From: the human T2T-CHM13v2.0 reference genome, Homo sapiens
DNA length: 64,000 nucleotides
Reading direction: 5' to 3' (one strand)
Assembly: GCF_009914755.1 (NCBI RefSeq)
Contig: NC_060936.1
Positions 37,334 through 55,519 of the stretch are shown piece by piece. The position numbers and the translations under genes are program-made. Each line of letters opens with the position of its first letter. The first letter of the stretch is position 1. The notes below the pieces were generated by a model that saw only the letters and a list, made by a program, of their open reading frames with translations, searched no databases and was not told the origin of the DNA.

Positions 37334-37606
37334 CTGTGTGGGACAGAAGGAGGACAGTGACATTTGCTAAATTAATTGTAACAGAAAAAAGTCAGCTTTA
37401 AAAGTCATAACTCTCCACACCCACCAGGATGGTGACAATTTTATATTGTTTGTTTTTGAGACAGAGTCTCACTCTGTCACCCAGGCTGGAGTGCAGTGGC
37501 ATGATACCAGCTCACCACAACCTCCACCTTCCGAGTTCAAGCAATCCTCCCACTTCAGCCTCATGAACAGCTGAGACCACAGGTGTGTGCCACCATGCCC
37601 GGCTAG

Positions 37607-38770
<1,164 letters not shown>

Positions 38771-39122
38771 ATTTTAAAAACATTAGGCTGGGCGCAGTGG
38801 CTCACACCTCTAATCTCAGCACTTTGGGAGGCCGAGGCAGGTGGATTACTTGAAGCCAGGAGTTCAAGACCAGCCTGGCCAACATGGTGAAACACTGTCT
38901 CTACTAAAAACACAAAAAAATTAGCTGGGTGTGGTGGCAGGCGCCTGTAGTCCCAGCTACTCAAAAGACTGAGGCAGGAGAATCGCTTGAACCAGGGAGG
39001 CAGAGGTTGCAGCGAGCTAAGATTGTGCCACTGCACTCCAGCCTGGATGACAGAGAGAGATCCTGTCTCAAAAACTAAAACAAAAAACCCTGCCAAAATA
39101 AAACAAACAAAAGAAAACATTA

Positions 39123-39421
<299 letters not shown>

Positions 39422-40527
39422 CTAAAAACAAACAAACAAACAAACAAAAACACTCCTATCTTAAATGTAATGTGGGACACTGGAACAGAAAGAGGACATT
39501 AGTAAGAAAACTAGTGACACACAAATACAGCTTGCAGTTTCACTGATAGTGACATGCTATGTTGGTTTCCTAATTGTGACAAATGTACCCCAGTACTGTG
39601 GGATTTTAAGAGAAGAGAAACTGTGAGGGGTGGGGCATAAGGGAACTTTCTGTATTGTTTTGTGACTTTTCTGTAAATCTAAAATTATTTCAAAATTAAA
39701 CTTTTTTTTTTTTTGAGACAGTCTCGCTCTGTCACCCAGGCTGGAGTGCAGTGACGTGATCTCGGCTCACTGAAACCTCTGCCTCCCGGATTCAAGCAAT
39801 TCTCCTGCCTCAGCCTCCCGAGTAGCTGGGACTACAGGCGTGTGCCAACACGCCCGGCTAATTTTTGTATTTTTAGTAGAGACAGGGTTTTACCATGTTG
39901 GCCAGGCTGGTCTTGAACTCCTGACCTCGTGATCCACCCACCTTGGCCTCCCAAAGTGCTGGGATTACAGGCATGAGCCACTGCATCTGGCCTAAACATT
40001 ACTTTTTTAAAACTCCTATGTACCTCCTAAAAAGAAGGTAATTCGGTCTCTGGAAGGTTCTTTTGTCTGCCTATGGCGCACTTTTGGGTGTGGGTTTACA
40101 AATCAAGGCACTGGAGCTAACTCCATAGGAGAGGGAGAAGAATCTGGAATTCTCAGCCTGAAAGTGCAGGGATGAGAAGAGACAGGCAGATGGGAGAGGA
40201 GCTTAGACTGGAACGGGGCTGGGCTGGGGCCAGGAAGCCCCTTGCGAGGGACTTTGCAGAACAGGAATGTCCAACACTGACGCTACAAACTAGAGATGCA
40301 CAGGCTGGAGACCACCTCTACACATGTGCTTGTTGGTCCTCGGTTTTGTCAAAATAATTTGAGCCAATACATAAAAAACAGCTGATCTCACATGAAAATT
40401 GGAATTTCCAACTTCTCTGGAAACATCTGAAGATATGCTAAGTCTCTGAAAACTTAACCCCCTCTGCTTCCTAAAATCAAAAAGGAAGTCCTGAGGTTAA
40501 CTTCAACCAAGGTTGCAAGTTCCCCTC

Positions 40528-40707
40528 TGTAGCAGGCTGAGTGGTGGCCCCCAAAAGCTTCCCTTGTCAAACCCCTGAACCTGTGAAGTGACCGTATTTG
40601 GAAAAAAGGGTCTTTGCAGATGCAAAGGACCGCTAGATGAGATCAGCCCGGATTATCTAGGTGGCCTCTAAATCCAATGACAAGTGCTTTTATAAGAGAA
40701 AGACAAG
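40528..40707 (+). mobile_element. MLT1-type LTR 5' fragment
   Basis: tgtagcaggctgagtggtggccccc...gggtctttgcagatg...ggattatctaggtggcctctaaatccaatgacaagtg. Confidence 0.7.
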
Positions 40708-41536
40708 GCTGGCCAGGCGCGGTGGCTCACGCCTATAATCCCAGCACTTAGGGAGGCCAAGGTGGGCAGGCCATCTGAGGTTAGGAGTTTGAGACCAGCC
40801 TGGCCAACACAGTGAAACCCATCTTTACTAAAAATACAAAAATGAGCCGGGTGTGGTGGTGGGTGCCTGTAGTCCCAGTTACTCAGGAGGCTGAGGCAGG
40901 AGAATCGCTTGAACTCGGGAGGTGGAGGTTGTAGTAAGCCAAGATTGTGCCACTGCACTCCAATCTGGGTGACAGAGCAAGGCTCTGTCTCAAAAAAAAA
41001 AAAAAAAATTGAAATACTACTCTACCAGTTGGCACAGAGCCCTCCTCCTGGGACCCCAGAGTTCTTCACAATTCAGCAAGTAAGAATAACCACCGCAGGG
41101 GTCTTCCTGTGTCCGGGCCCAAACCTCCCTGCTGATTGAGCTGTCCTCCTGGGTAATATTTCTTTACTGCATGGATTGGGGTGGGTGTCGGGTGCCTGGG
41201 CCCCGATGGAAAAGAACAGGTGGCATTTGTTGGGCCTCAGTTCAGCTGTCCCGGGAAGCACAGAGGCCCCTGGGATTTCAAGGCAACGTCTCTATCCCCC
41301 TGCGCAATCCCCGTGGAGACAGGCAGACAGGAATGTCTACACCAGAGACCCTGGGATGGGAGGAGTGCAGATGGGGCTCCCAGACACAGGGGGAGGCCCT
41401 GGACCACCCAAAGTCTCTCTGCAACTCCACCAGAGAGGGCTGAGAGGAGAGCCGTGGTCTGGTGGAAAAACCTAACTGGGCGATGAGGCAGTTGGCCCAA
41501 GTAGAAGTCAGAGGTTAGGGGTAAGAGGTAGTACAC

Positions 41537-41542
41537 TTTATT
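41537..41542 (-). terminator. ABCB9: Poly(A) signal AATAAA of the main ABCB9 transcript (3'UTR about 41520-42433)
   Basis: TTTATT on the plus strand about 0.9 kb past the stop, in unique non-repeat sequence. Confidence 0.8.
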
Positions 41543-42433
41543 GACCGGGTTCTCTCAACATGTTGCAACCTCTGGCAAAGCCAGATCCTGGGCTTTGCCA
41601 CCATCCCATCCACCAAAGACAGAAGAGAATGCATCTCATGAACATCCACGTGGCCTCCAGACAGCAGAGCACAGGGGCGGGTGTGGGGAGGGAGGCTGCC
41701 AGCCAGGGGTGGGTGGACGAGGGGCGAAAGCGCTGGGTGCCGGGCTGGGGGCACCCCTGAGGCCCCTCCAGACCTGGCCAGCCCCTCACTCCCCCAGTTG
41801 AGGTTTCGTGTGGTTCACAGTGAGACTGGCTTAGATTGGCAGCGGGCGATGGCAGACAGATGCCCTCCACGCTCCCTACCCGCCCTGGCCAGACTCACAG
41901 AGCTGGCAAGAGGGAGAGACGGAAAATCCCGTTCCCCGTGTCTCCCTCCGGGACAGGGAAGCCCCTTCTCTGGAGGGGTAAAGGGGAGAGGCCTAGTCTC
42001 TGGACATCCCCCAGGCTACTAAGGAAGGGCCATTCACTCCTGGCTCAGAAGTTTCTAGAACATCTTGGTGAAAGTGCCCGCCATTACTCCCAATTAGAAA
42101 AAGGTTTTTGAAATCTAGGAGTTGACTGGGGTGCCTCAAACCAAACAGTAAAAACCCTGGTAAGACCTAGGTTTAAAAAGGCAGCTCTACCTTTGCTTAG
42201 GAGGCTAGGGAGGTCCGTGAAGGCGTTGGCTCAGGGCAGCAGGGGTAAGGAGTGCCCTGGGAATGGGGCAGGGACCAGGGGCAAGATGCAGGAAGCGGTG
42301 ATCCATGGGACATGGCAGGTCGTCTTTCAGTGCTGCAGGCCTGGGCTCGGAGGGCAGCTGGGGGCCTCCGTGGGCACATCTGCCAGGCAGGCACCGGGTC
42401 CTCTGCCCCACCGGGAGAAGCAGGGGCCCCCCA

Positions 42434-42694
42434 TCAGGCCTTGTGACTGCCGTTGGCTACAGGCTCGTTGTGGCCAGCTGTGAAGTCTGCGGCGGGCTGA
42501 AGCCCCAGCATCTGCCGCTGCACCAGCTTGGCGTAGAGGCCGCCCTGGGCCAGCAGCTGCTGGTGGGTGCCCTGCTGCACTACGCGGCCCTTGTCCAGCA
42601 CCACAATGAGGTGCGCGTGCTCCACGGTGCTCAGCCGGTGCGCGATGATGAGTACCGTGTGCTTCTGCAGGTTGCCATGGATGGCCTGCTGGAT
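42434..42694 (-). CDS. ABCB9: ABCB9 main terminal exon, coding part (261 nt; IQQAIHGNLQKHTVLIIAHRLSTVE...VANGSHKA*)
   Basis: Acceptor ccgcag|ATC; H-switch IAHRLST; TGA at 42436-42434. Confidence 0.95.
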   Translation of the reverse strand: MQQAIHGNLQKHTVLIIAHRLSTVEHAHLIVVLDKGRVVQQGTHQQLLAQGGLYAKLVQRQMLGLQPAADFTAGHNEPVANGSHKA

Positions 42695-42958
42695 CTGCGG
42701 GGACAGTGGGGGCCTGGCTTGCATGGCACGGACGCCCCACCCGCAACCGTGCTTCATGCCACGGCCTATGGGCTGATGCTTAACCTCTCTGAGGCTCAGT
42801 TCACAAACGATGGCCAGCTTCCTGGGTTTTTCTTAAAGGGAGACAGCTCAGGGCCAGACACAATGAGGCACCTGGTGAATGGGGGATCAGCTCTACCCTG
42901 GCCCTCCAGTCTTCTGGTCCTTCCCTTCCCCCTCCTTTTTTTTTTTTTTTTTTTTTAA

Positions 42959-43096
<138 letters not shown>

Positions 43097-43515
43097 TAAT
43101 TTTTGTATTTTTAGTAGAGACAGGGTTTCACCATGTTGGCCAGACTGGTCTCGAACACCTGACTTTGTGATCCGCCTGGCCTCGGCCTCCCAAAGTGCTG
43201 GGATTACAGGTGTGAGCCACCGCGCCTGGCCTTCCTTGTTTCTTATCTGCCTTCCCCACTGGAATGGAAACACCATGGGGACAAGGGTCTTTGTCTAGTT
43301 AGCCCACGATAACCCCAGAATGGTGCCTGGTGCCTGGTGCCTGAGAAGAGCTCAGTAACTCTCTGTGTAACAAATGAATCAATCCGCGCATAGACTGAGG
43401 TTGCTAGCCATCTGCAAATACATGACTGGGCCCACCTGACCAGTGAGAATGCGACTCAGAGGGGAAGCACTAGCTTGAGGTCACACAGTTATAAACTGTA
43501 GGACGGAGCTGCTAA

Positions 43516-44461
<946 letters not shown>

Positions 44462-44714
44462 TGACCCAGGTCTCCCCATTCTGATGCCTTCTCTTGCCCC
44501 ACACCATACAGCTCTGCCTGGAGCCTGGAGGCTGGGTCCAGAGTGGCTCCTGGCTCCCCACTCTCAACACCAGGAATTCACCAGCCCAGGAGGCTGATAG
44601 TCTGGGAGAGCTCCTGGGGCCCGTCTCTTCTCAGCATCCATCTGCTGGGCGATGGGGGCTCTGGCCACCTGGAGCCGCTCCTGCCCCCGCATTGCCCACC
44701 ACCCTGTGACTCAC

Positions 44715-44851
44715 CAGATACTCGCTCTCGGCATCCAAAGCGCTGGTGGCTTCATCCAGGATGAGGACTGGGGGGTTCCGCACCAGAGCCCGGGCCATGG
44801 CCACCCGCTGCTTCTGGCCACCTGACAGCTGGGCGCCCTTCTCCCCTGTCT
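44715..44851 (-). CDS. ABCB9: ABCB9 exon 11 (137 nt; [46 protein letters not shown])
   Basis: Acceptor atacag|AG, donor CTG|GTGAGT; ABC signature LSGGQ, Walker B VLILDE, D-loop SALD. Confidence 0.96.
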
Positions 44852-45889
44852 CTGTATGGTGGAGGCACAGAGACAATTTAGCAATGGGTGAGGCCGGGCA
44901 GCACCGGGGAAGAGTGAGAGGCCCTGCCCTGCAGCTGTGGAAAGGGCGGGCTGGAACCCACAACTTGAAAGCTCATGAAATGATGTTCCCCCCACCCAAC
45001 TCATAAGGGGCATGCAGATTAAGCCTACATGCAAATTGATAGCAAGTTACCAATTTTCACTCATTCATTTGGCAGAAACCCAAACATCTGATAGCACACA
45101 GTGCAGGTGAGGCTGCAGGGAGACAGGCCCTCACCCGTCCTCCTGGAGAAGGGGAGTTGGAGCGAGCCCCATGGCTTGAAGAGCTGCAGCAATAACCCTG
45201 GGTCTATGAGTCTGTGCAGTGCAAAGGTTGTGTGTATTCACCACAGATGTGTGGCCTGTGGCCCCGCAAGCCCACCTGGACCAATTTTCCCCATGGACCG
45301 ACTTCCTCCCATGCACAACAATATAGACACAGGTCACCTGTGACCCACAGCGCTGTTATTGCAAAAAATAAAACAAATAGACTCAAATGTCCATCAATAG
45401 GAAATTGAGTCAATCAATTATTATTATTTTAGAGACAGGGTCTCACTCTCTCACCCACGCTAGAGTGCAGTAGTACAATCACTGCTTACTGTAGCCTCAA
45501 ACTTCTGGGTTCAAGCAATCCTCCAGCCTCAGCCTTCTGAGTAACTGAGACTACAGGTGCATGCCACCACACCTGGCTAACTTAAAATATTTTTCTGTAG
45601 AGGTGGGGTCTCACTACATTGCCCAAGCTGTTCTCAAACCCCTGGCCTCAAGCGATCCTCTTGCCTTGGCCTCCAAAGTGCTGGGATTACAGACGTGAGC
45701 CACTGCACCTGGCCACGCCACCAGTTCTTTATTATTTCATTTTTCTTTCATTGAGATGAAACTGACATAACATAAACATAACCATTGTAAAGTGAATAAT
45801 CCGGGCTGAGCACGGTGGCTCCCAGCACTTTGGGAGGCCAACCAAGGTGGGCGGGTCACAAGGTCAGGAGATTGAGACCATCCTGGCTA

Positions 45890-46111
<222 letters not shown>

Positions 46112-47794
46112 TTAGTGCATTCACAATGTTGCACAACCACCACCTCTACTGAATTTCAAAACACTATTCTAAAATAATATATATTTATTATATCAATTAA
46201 TTACTAGAACTACTTAAGTTCATATCGAGGTAATTTTTTTAAAAATTAGTGTATTTAGTATATTTTAATTTAAAAATTCTTTTAAATTGACAAGTAAAAA
46301 TAGTTTGTATTTAATGGTGTACAACGTGATGCTCTGAAATACATATACACTGTGGAATAGCTAAATCAAGCCAGTTAACATATACATTATCTCACATATT
46401 TATCACTTTTTTAAAGAGAGAACACTTAAAATCTACTCTCTTAGCTATTTTCAAGTACACAGTACACTGTTACTAAATATAGCTGGCCAGACACAGTGGC
46501 TCACACCTGAAATCCCACCACTTTGGGAAGCCAAGGCAGGCAGATCACCTGAGGTCAGGAGTTCAAGACCAGCCTGGCCAAAATAGTGAAACCCCGTCTC
46601 TACTAACAATACAAAAAAAAATTAGCAAGGTGTGGTGGTGGGCACTTGTAATCCCAGCTACTCAGGAGGCTGAGGCAGGAGAATCGCTTGAACCTGGGAG
46701 ACGGAGGTTGCAGTGAGGCAAGATTACTCCACTCTACTCCAGCCTGGGCGACAGAGTGAGACTGTCTCAATTAAAACACAAACAAACAAAAAACTATAGT
46801 CAACAGGTCTCTTGACCTTATTCCTAAGGGAAAATTTTTATCTTTTGATCAACATCTCCCCAACCCCCCTATACATTGTATATATTTAATTATTGAAAAG
46901 GGGCTATTCGTGTGGTTCAAAAATCTAAAAATACAGGCTGGATACAATGGCTCATGCCTGTAATCCCAGCACTTTGGGAGGCAGGAGGATTGCATGAGCC
47001 CAGGAATTTGAGACCAGCCTGGGAAACATAGCAAGACCCCGTCTCTACAACAAAAATAAAAAGTGGGGTGGAAGGATGGCTTGAGCCCAAGAGGTTGAGG
47101 CTGCAGTGAGCCGTGATCACGCCACTGCACTCCCACCTGGGTGACAGAGCAAGCCCCTGCCTCAAAAAAAAAAAAAAAACTAAAAAAACTAAAAATATAT
47201 AAAACTCTAAATAATGAAAAGTTTAAGTTCTTTCTTCAGTTCCCTCCTGCTCCCACCAAAACGTCTTTCATTAGTTGCTTACATGTCCTTGTCTAGTTTC
47301 TTTATGCAAATATGAACATGTTATTTTTATCTCCCCAGTCCTTTAATAGGAAAAAAAAAACCCAGCTCCTTATGCTCTGCACCTGGCTCTTCTCACTCAG
47401 CATCCTATCTCAGTGACCTTTCCATACTGCTATATGGAGAGCTGCCTCCTCCTCTGCCTCCACCTCCTCCTCCGCCTCCACCTCCTCCCCCTTCTTCTAC
47501 TTCCTCTTTTTCCCAGCAGCATAATATTCCAGTGTATGGGCTTCTATAATAATTTACTTAATAAATATTTTGCTGAGTCACAGCACAGTGGCTCATGCCT
47601 GTAATCCCAGCACTTTGGGGATTGCAGGAAGATTGCTTGAGCGCAGGAGGTTCGAGTCTGGCCAGGGTAACGTAGCGGGACCCCATCTCTACAAAAAAAA
47701 GAGCAGGTGGCAGGGGGCAGTGCTTAACTCAGAGGGTTATGTCCCTGAGGGTGACCCTGTGGGCCCAGGAGAGGGGCCACCCCCAGCTCCACAC

Positions 47795-47954
47795 CTGTGC
47801 TGTAGCCGTCCTGGAGTTCCATGATGAAGCCGTGGGCATTGGCCTTCTGTGCGGCCTCCACCACCATCTCGAAAGGCACAGTGGGCAGGCCGTAGGAGAT
47901 GTTATCCGTGATGGAGCGGGCGAACAGCACGGGCTCCTGGCTCACCAGGGAGAT
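47795..47954 (-). CDS. ABCB9: ABCB9 exon 10 (160 nt; ISLVSQEPVLFARSITDNISYGL...QDGYST) containing the Q-loop
   Basis: Acceptor ccccag|ATC, donor ACAG|GTGTGG; Q-loop VSQEP. Confidence 0.95.
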
Positions 47955-49316
47955 CTGGGGAGGAGGGAGCATGGAGCATGAGAGGCCAGGAATGTGTTCA
48001 TCCAGCTGTCCCCAGCAGCCTTGCTGCCTGGGGCCTGGAGACACCAGCAGTCTCAGGCCTGAAACCTGATCAGGGCCCAGTGACTGCACTGAGCTGCCTC
48101 TCTTCTTCCCCAACAGTGACTCCCGCCTGTACCCACAAGCCCTCAGCCTCCCCTAATCAGCAAACTGGGGCCTGCTACATTTGCTGCTCTGGGATAAGCC
48201 AAGTTCCCTGACCTCTAAGAGAAAGCTCACTGGCCATCCCTGTCCTGAAAAAAAGAAAGAGGGATAGAATATAGAATGTTGCTGTGAATGAGTCTGCTCA
48301 TCTCAGGAAGCAAGAGGCCACAGCAGGGCTCCAGGTCACACAGACTGCCCTGGCGGTGGTCCCCTCCCTTCTAAGAGAACAATTTAAAGGAGCTATCATC
48401 TCTAGATTCCAGTTTCAGGAATCTGGGCCTACAAAAATAATAGTATGGCCAGGCCTGGTGGCTCATGCCTGTAATCCCAGCACTTAGGGAGGCAGAGGCA
48501 GGAGAATGGCTTTAGTCTAGGAGTTCAAGACCAGCCTGGGCAACACAGAAAGACCCCATATCTACAAAATGAAAAAAATATATAGTATGGAAGATATCAT
48601 TGCAACACCATAAGTAGCAAAAGTTAATTAGTTAATTAATTAAATTAAAATGGAAACAATCTAGGTGTCCATAAATGGGGATTGGTTAAATAGTGACAGT
48701 GCATCCTTAAAACTGAATTGTAATAGATACATATACACAGCATGATTCTATTTTTGTTTAAAAAAATTATAAACGTGTACCTTCATATATTGATATATTT
48801 CTATAAAGATAGGAAACACATTGAAAAGGATATTTACTAAACTGTTAACACTGGCTACCTCCATGTGGTGGAATTCAAAAGGTAAGGTGGAGGGGAACAT
48901 TCATGTCTTAGTTACAAGATTCATTACAACTATGAGAATATGATTAGCTTGTAGCATTTTATTGTTTTATGTTTATAGAAATTAACATTTTAAATTTAAA
49001 AATAGAGGCCAGCCATGGTGGTTCACACCTGTAACACCAACAGTTTGGGAGGCTAAGGTGGGAGGATGGCTTGAGCCCAGGAGTTTGAGATCAGCCTGAG
49101 CAACACAGTGAGAACCCGTCTCTACAAAATAATTAAAAATTGGCCAGGTGTACACGGTGGCTCATGCCTGTAATCCTAGCACTTTGGGAGGCCGAGGTGG
49201 GCGGATCACCTGAGGTCAAGAGTTTGAGACCAGCCTGACCAACATGGAGAAACTCTGTCTCTACTAAAAATAAAAAATTAGCTGGGTGTGGTGGTGCATG
49301 CCTGTAATCCCAGCTA

Positions 49317-49931
<615 letters not shown>

Positions 49932-50098
49932 CTATTCATGAAGGAAAACCAAATGGCCAATATATGAAAAGGTGTTTAATATCTTCAGTCATCAGGAAAA
50001 CACAAAAGACCACAATAAGCTACCACTACATTCTCACCAGTTAGCAAAAATTCAGGACTGACAATGTTAGGTGTCTGAGAATCGAAGCGTGGTACCTA

Positions 50099-50505
50099 CT
50101 GCAAAGTGTGAACGGCTCTGCCCAGGGGGCTCTTCTAAAACTTTGGTGAGCAGCAGCCTGGTGGCCTCCCACTTGGCACCATTTCACAACAATCTACCTC
50201 TGGTTACATGCACATGGTGTGGGCAGATTTCACAACCCATGGCCCTCACCACCATCTCGAACTTGGCTAGGAGTTCTGGAATCTCTGTGCCAACACTCAG
50301 GCTTTCACATAATTTATGTTGATGATGTAAACGGTGCTCCCTTAATAGTTTATATTTCTTGGACAGTGCACAACCTGAGCAACCATCCAGGGCATCCCTG
50401 CTCTTAGGCCAGCACAGGGACAGGTGTTATGGTTCCTTTCCTGAAAGGATTACTAAAAACTGTCCAGTCATGAATAGCCTATTTTGAGTACTGGAGATGA
50501 CCTAA
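50099..50505 (-). repeat. Inverted duplicate of 59005-59407
   Basis: Reverse-complement alignment by eye at roughly 80-85%, including a ~40-bp identical run (acatgcacatggtgtgggcagatttcacaacccatggccc). Confidence 0.85.
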
Positions 50506-50605
50506 ATGTGGAACAGCTGAAACTCTCCTTCACTGCTAGTAGAATGTAAATTGTAAAATGTAAATTGGTATAACCACCTGGGGATAGCTGTTGTGACAGA
50601 AACTA

Positions 50606-50905
<300 letters not shown>

Positions 50906-51188
50906 TTAGCTGGGCATAATGGCATGTGCCTGCAGTCCCAGCTACTTGGGAGGCTGAGGTGGGAGGATGACTTGAGCACAGGACTCTGAGGCTGCAGTAA
51001 GTTGTGACTGTGCCACTGCACTCCAGCCTGGGCAACAGAGGGAGACCCTTTCTCAAAAAAATAAAAATAGGCCAGGTGCAGTGGCTCATGCCTGTAATCC
51101 CAGCACTTTGGGAGGCCGAGGCGGGTGGATCACGAGGTCAGGAGATCGAGACCATCCTGGCTAACATGGTGAAATGCCGTCTCTACTA

Positions 51189-51472
<284 letters not shown>

Positions 51473-51552
51473 TCACCTGAGGTCAAGGGTTCGAGACCAG
51501 CCTGGGCAACACGGTGAAACCCTGTCTGTACTAAAAATACAAAAATTAGTCA

Positions 51553-51825
<273 letters not shown>

Positions 51826-52633
51826 TCACAATGTCGAGTGGGAGACACAAGACACAAACTAATCCACACACCAATCACGATTCTACCCAGATGAAGTTCC
51901 GAGCAGGCAGCACAGAGCTCAGGGGTGCACACAGAGATGGCAGAACCAATGAAAAGCAAGAGCATGAAGACTCTAAAAGTCAACACATTACTTCTTGGGG
52001 AAAGAGAAGGGACACATGGCGGGGGGTAGGAGGCTTCTGGAGTGCCAGAATGTTCTATTTCTTTTTTTTCATGAGACAGAGTCTTATTCTGTTGCCCAGG
52101 CTGCAGTGCAGTGGCCCAGTCTCGGCTCACTGCAACCTCTACCTCCCGGGTTCAAGTGATTCTCGTGCCTCAGCCTCCTGAGGAGCTGAGATTACAGGCA
52201 TGTGCCACCACACCCGGCTAATTTTTGTATTTTTAGTAGAGATGGGGTTTCGCCATGTTGGCCATGCTGGTCTTGAACTCCTGAGCTCAAGCAGTCCACC
52301 TGCCTTGGCCTCCCAAAGTGCTGGGATTACAGGTGTGGGCCATCACATCTGCCCTTTTTTTCTTTTTTAATAGAGACGGAGTCTCACTATGTTGTCCAGG
52401 CTGGCCTCAAGGGATCCTCCAGCCTCAGCTTCCCAAAATGCTGGGATTACAGGTGTGAGCCACCACGTCTGGACAAGAATGTTCTGTTTCTCTAGGAGGG
52501 CATTGTAATTGGTGATAATTCTTTGAACTGTCCATTTATCTCTAGTGCCCTCTTCCGCACCTGTTACAGCTCACAAGAAAGACGGTTAGATGCAGAAAGG
52601 GCGGAGAAGTGTGGCCCAGGCCCGTGCACATAC

Positions 52634-52807
52634 CACACGGTGCAAGTACTTGTGGTCGTAGGCGCTGATGGGCTTGCCGTCCAGCAGCACCCGGCCCCCC
52701 TCCAGGGGGTAGAAGTTCTCCAGGATGTTGACACAGGAGCTCTTCCCACTGCCCGAGGGCCCCACCAGGGCCGTCACCTTGCCGGGGGACAGGCTGAAGG
52801 AGACATT
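52634..52807 (-). CDS. ABCB9: ABCB9 exon 9 (174 nt; NVSFSLSPGKVTALVGPSGSGKSS...YLHRV) containing Walker A
   Basis: Acceptor ttgcag|AAT, donor GTG|GTATGT; Walker A GPSGSGKS. Confidence 0.95.
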
Positions 52808-53329
52808 CTGCAAAGAACACACAGGCACAGTGCGGGGTTATCGGCTCAGGTCCCAGGACTGGATGCCCTGACCTTGGACACAGGTGGGTGCCCTTCCCAG
52901 CCCACCCCATGTGCCTCTCCCTCGCTTGGGCACTGCTGGCCCCTAAACGTTCTTTCTAAGACACTAGGACTTGGAAGCACCTTGAGATTTGCTGTTTCCT
53001 CTGTCTGGAATGTTCTCTCTGCAGGGAGGCCCCTGGTGAGGTCTCACCTCAAATGTCACCTCCTCCAAGAACCCCTTCTTGACTGTTACCACCATTCCCA
53101 TGGACCATCCCTACCACAGCACCCTGATCTATTTTCTTTCTAGCACTTATTATCGGGAATCATTCTGTTAAGTATCTGTCTTCCCCAACTGGAGCCCAAA
53201 ACTCCTGGAGGGCAATGATCTTGCCTGACATATTCCCAGCTGCCCTGCCACAGCCTGGTGTATAGGAGGTGCACCAGAAATGGGGTGACGGAAAGGCTGA
53301 TTCTGGCAGGCCTCAAGCCGCGCCCTCAC

Positions 53330-53518
53330 CTGCAGGACCTGGGTGTGGGGCCGAGTGCGGTAGGTGAAGGTCACATTCTCAAAGTCCACCCGGCCCTCCA
53401 GGTGGTCGGGGGCCAAGCTGCCATCGTGCACCATGGTCGGCTGCCGGTCGATGAACTCGAACACCTTCTCAGCAGCCCCCACTCCCTGCATCAGGCCACT
53501 GTAGACGGAGCCCACGGA
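53330..53518 (-). CDS. ABCB9: ABCB9 exon 8 (189 nt; SVGSVYSGLMQGVGAAEKVFEFIDR...VDFENVTFTYRTRPHTQVLQ)
   Basis: Acceptor ccccag|TCC, donor CAG|GTGAGG; phase 0-0; TMD-NBD linker and A-loop. Confidence 0.94.
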
Positions 53519-54417
53519 CTGGGGAGAGGAGACACGCGTTCCTGTCCCACCGATACCCGACTCCTGGGACCCACCCCTGCTACTAGAGAGGAGGCAGGTA
53601 TAGGGAAAGCAAGGAGTTCTGGCGGGGAGATGCAGGAGGCCACCTGACCACCCACTGGTGCATTAGATAACGACAGTAAGGGGAGCTGAGGACAGCAGCA
53701 TCACTAGCACTCTACCGGCCATCCAGCTGAGTGGGTGCCATCATCCCCACAGGAGCAGATGGAAGCGAAGGAACCGGCAGGGGTGTGGCACAGTGGGAAT
53801 CCAGCCTTGATCTTTCAATTGCGATAGCATAGCTTTTTTTTTTTTTTTTTAAGATGGAGTCTCCCTCTGTCGCCCAGGCTGGAGTGCATTGGTGCAATCT
53901 TGGCTCACTGCACCCTCCGCCTCCCAAGTCAAGTGATTCTCCTGCCTCAGCCTCCAGAGTAGCTGGGATTACAGGTACTCGCCACCACGCCCAGATAATA
54001 TTTGTATTTTTAGTAGAGACAGGGTTTCACCACACTGGCCAGGCTGGTCTCAAACTCCTGACCTTAAGTGATCCGCCCACCTCACCCTCCCAAAGTGCTG
54101 GGATTACAGGCATGAGTCACCAGACATGGCTTGATTTCAATTTTCAAAATGGGTCTTAATGTGTACTATAAATAAATATATTCTCCTTGGGTAAAAATAC
54201 ATAGAATATGAATGTAAATCATAATAACGGCCCATTTTCTTAAGTATTCTCTATTTATTTTTTTTGAGAGGAGGGTCTCACTCTGTTACCCAGGCTGGAG
54301 TGCAGTGGTGTGATCTTGCTCACTGCAACTTCTGCCTCCCGGGTTCAAGCAATTCTCCAACCTCAGACTCCTGAGTAGCTGGGACCACAGGCATGAGCCA
54401 CTACTAAGCCCAGTTAA

Positions 54418-54582
<165 letters not shown>

Positions 54583-54815
54583 TAACATTATCTCCTTTTT
54601 TACTGATGAGGAATCTCAGGCACAGAGGGCTCAAGTAACTTGGCCCAGGTCACAGAGCCTAGAAGTGGCAGAGCCAGGATTTGAATCCAGGCCCATCTGT
54701 CTCCTGAGTTCAGGCTCTTAGGTGCTGAATGTCCTCATTGGTGATAAGGGGGTGATATCGGCATCTGTGTCCTGTTACTGTGAAGACAACAGCAACAGCC
54801 GGTAGTAAACACCTA

Positions 54816-55162
<347 letters not shown>

Positions 55163-55519
55163 CTAAAAAGAAAAACATTAGCTGGGTGTGGTGGCATGTG
55201 ACTGTAACCCCAGCTACTCAAGTGGCTAAGGTGGGAAGATCACTTGAGTCCAGGAGGTCAAGGCTGCAGTGAGTCATGAAAGCACCACTGCACCCCAGCC
55301 TGGGTGACAATGTGAGACTGTCTCAAATAGTAATGATAATAAATAAACAACACTGCACTGAACATCTCTGGACATACATCTTCGCCCACTGCTGTGAGTA
55401 CTCTTGAAGCATGGATTCCTAGGGGCAGATTTACTGCTGAGTCAAATAATATGGCAGGTGTGATTCTCCAGCAGATGCAATGGCCTGAGTAGCAGATGCT
55501 AGGAACACCCCACCAACAT

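Noticed and set aside
42305-42958. 217-aa plus-strand ORF (also 52523-53143 and 53258-53647)
   Set aside because: Antisense shadows of GC-rich ABCB9 coding exons; no independent promoter or recognisable protein.
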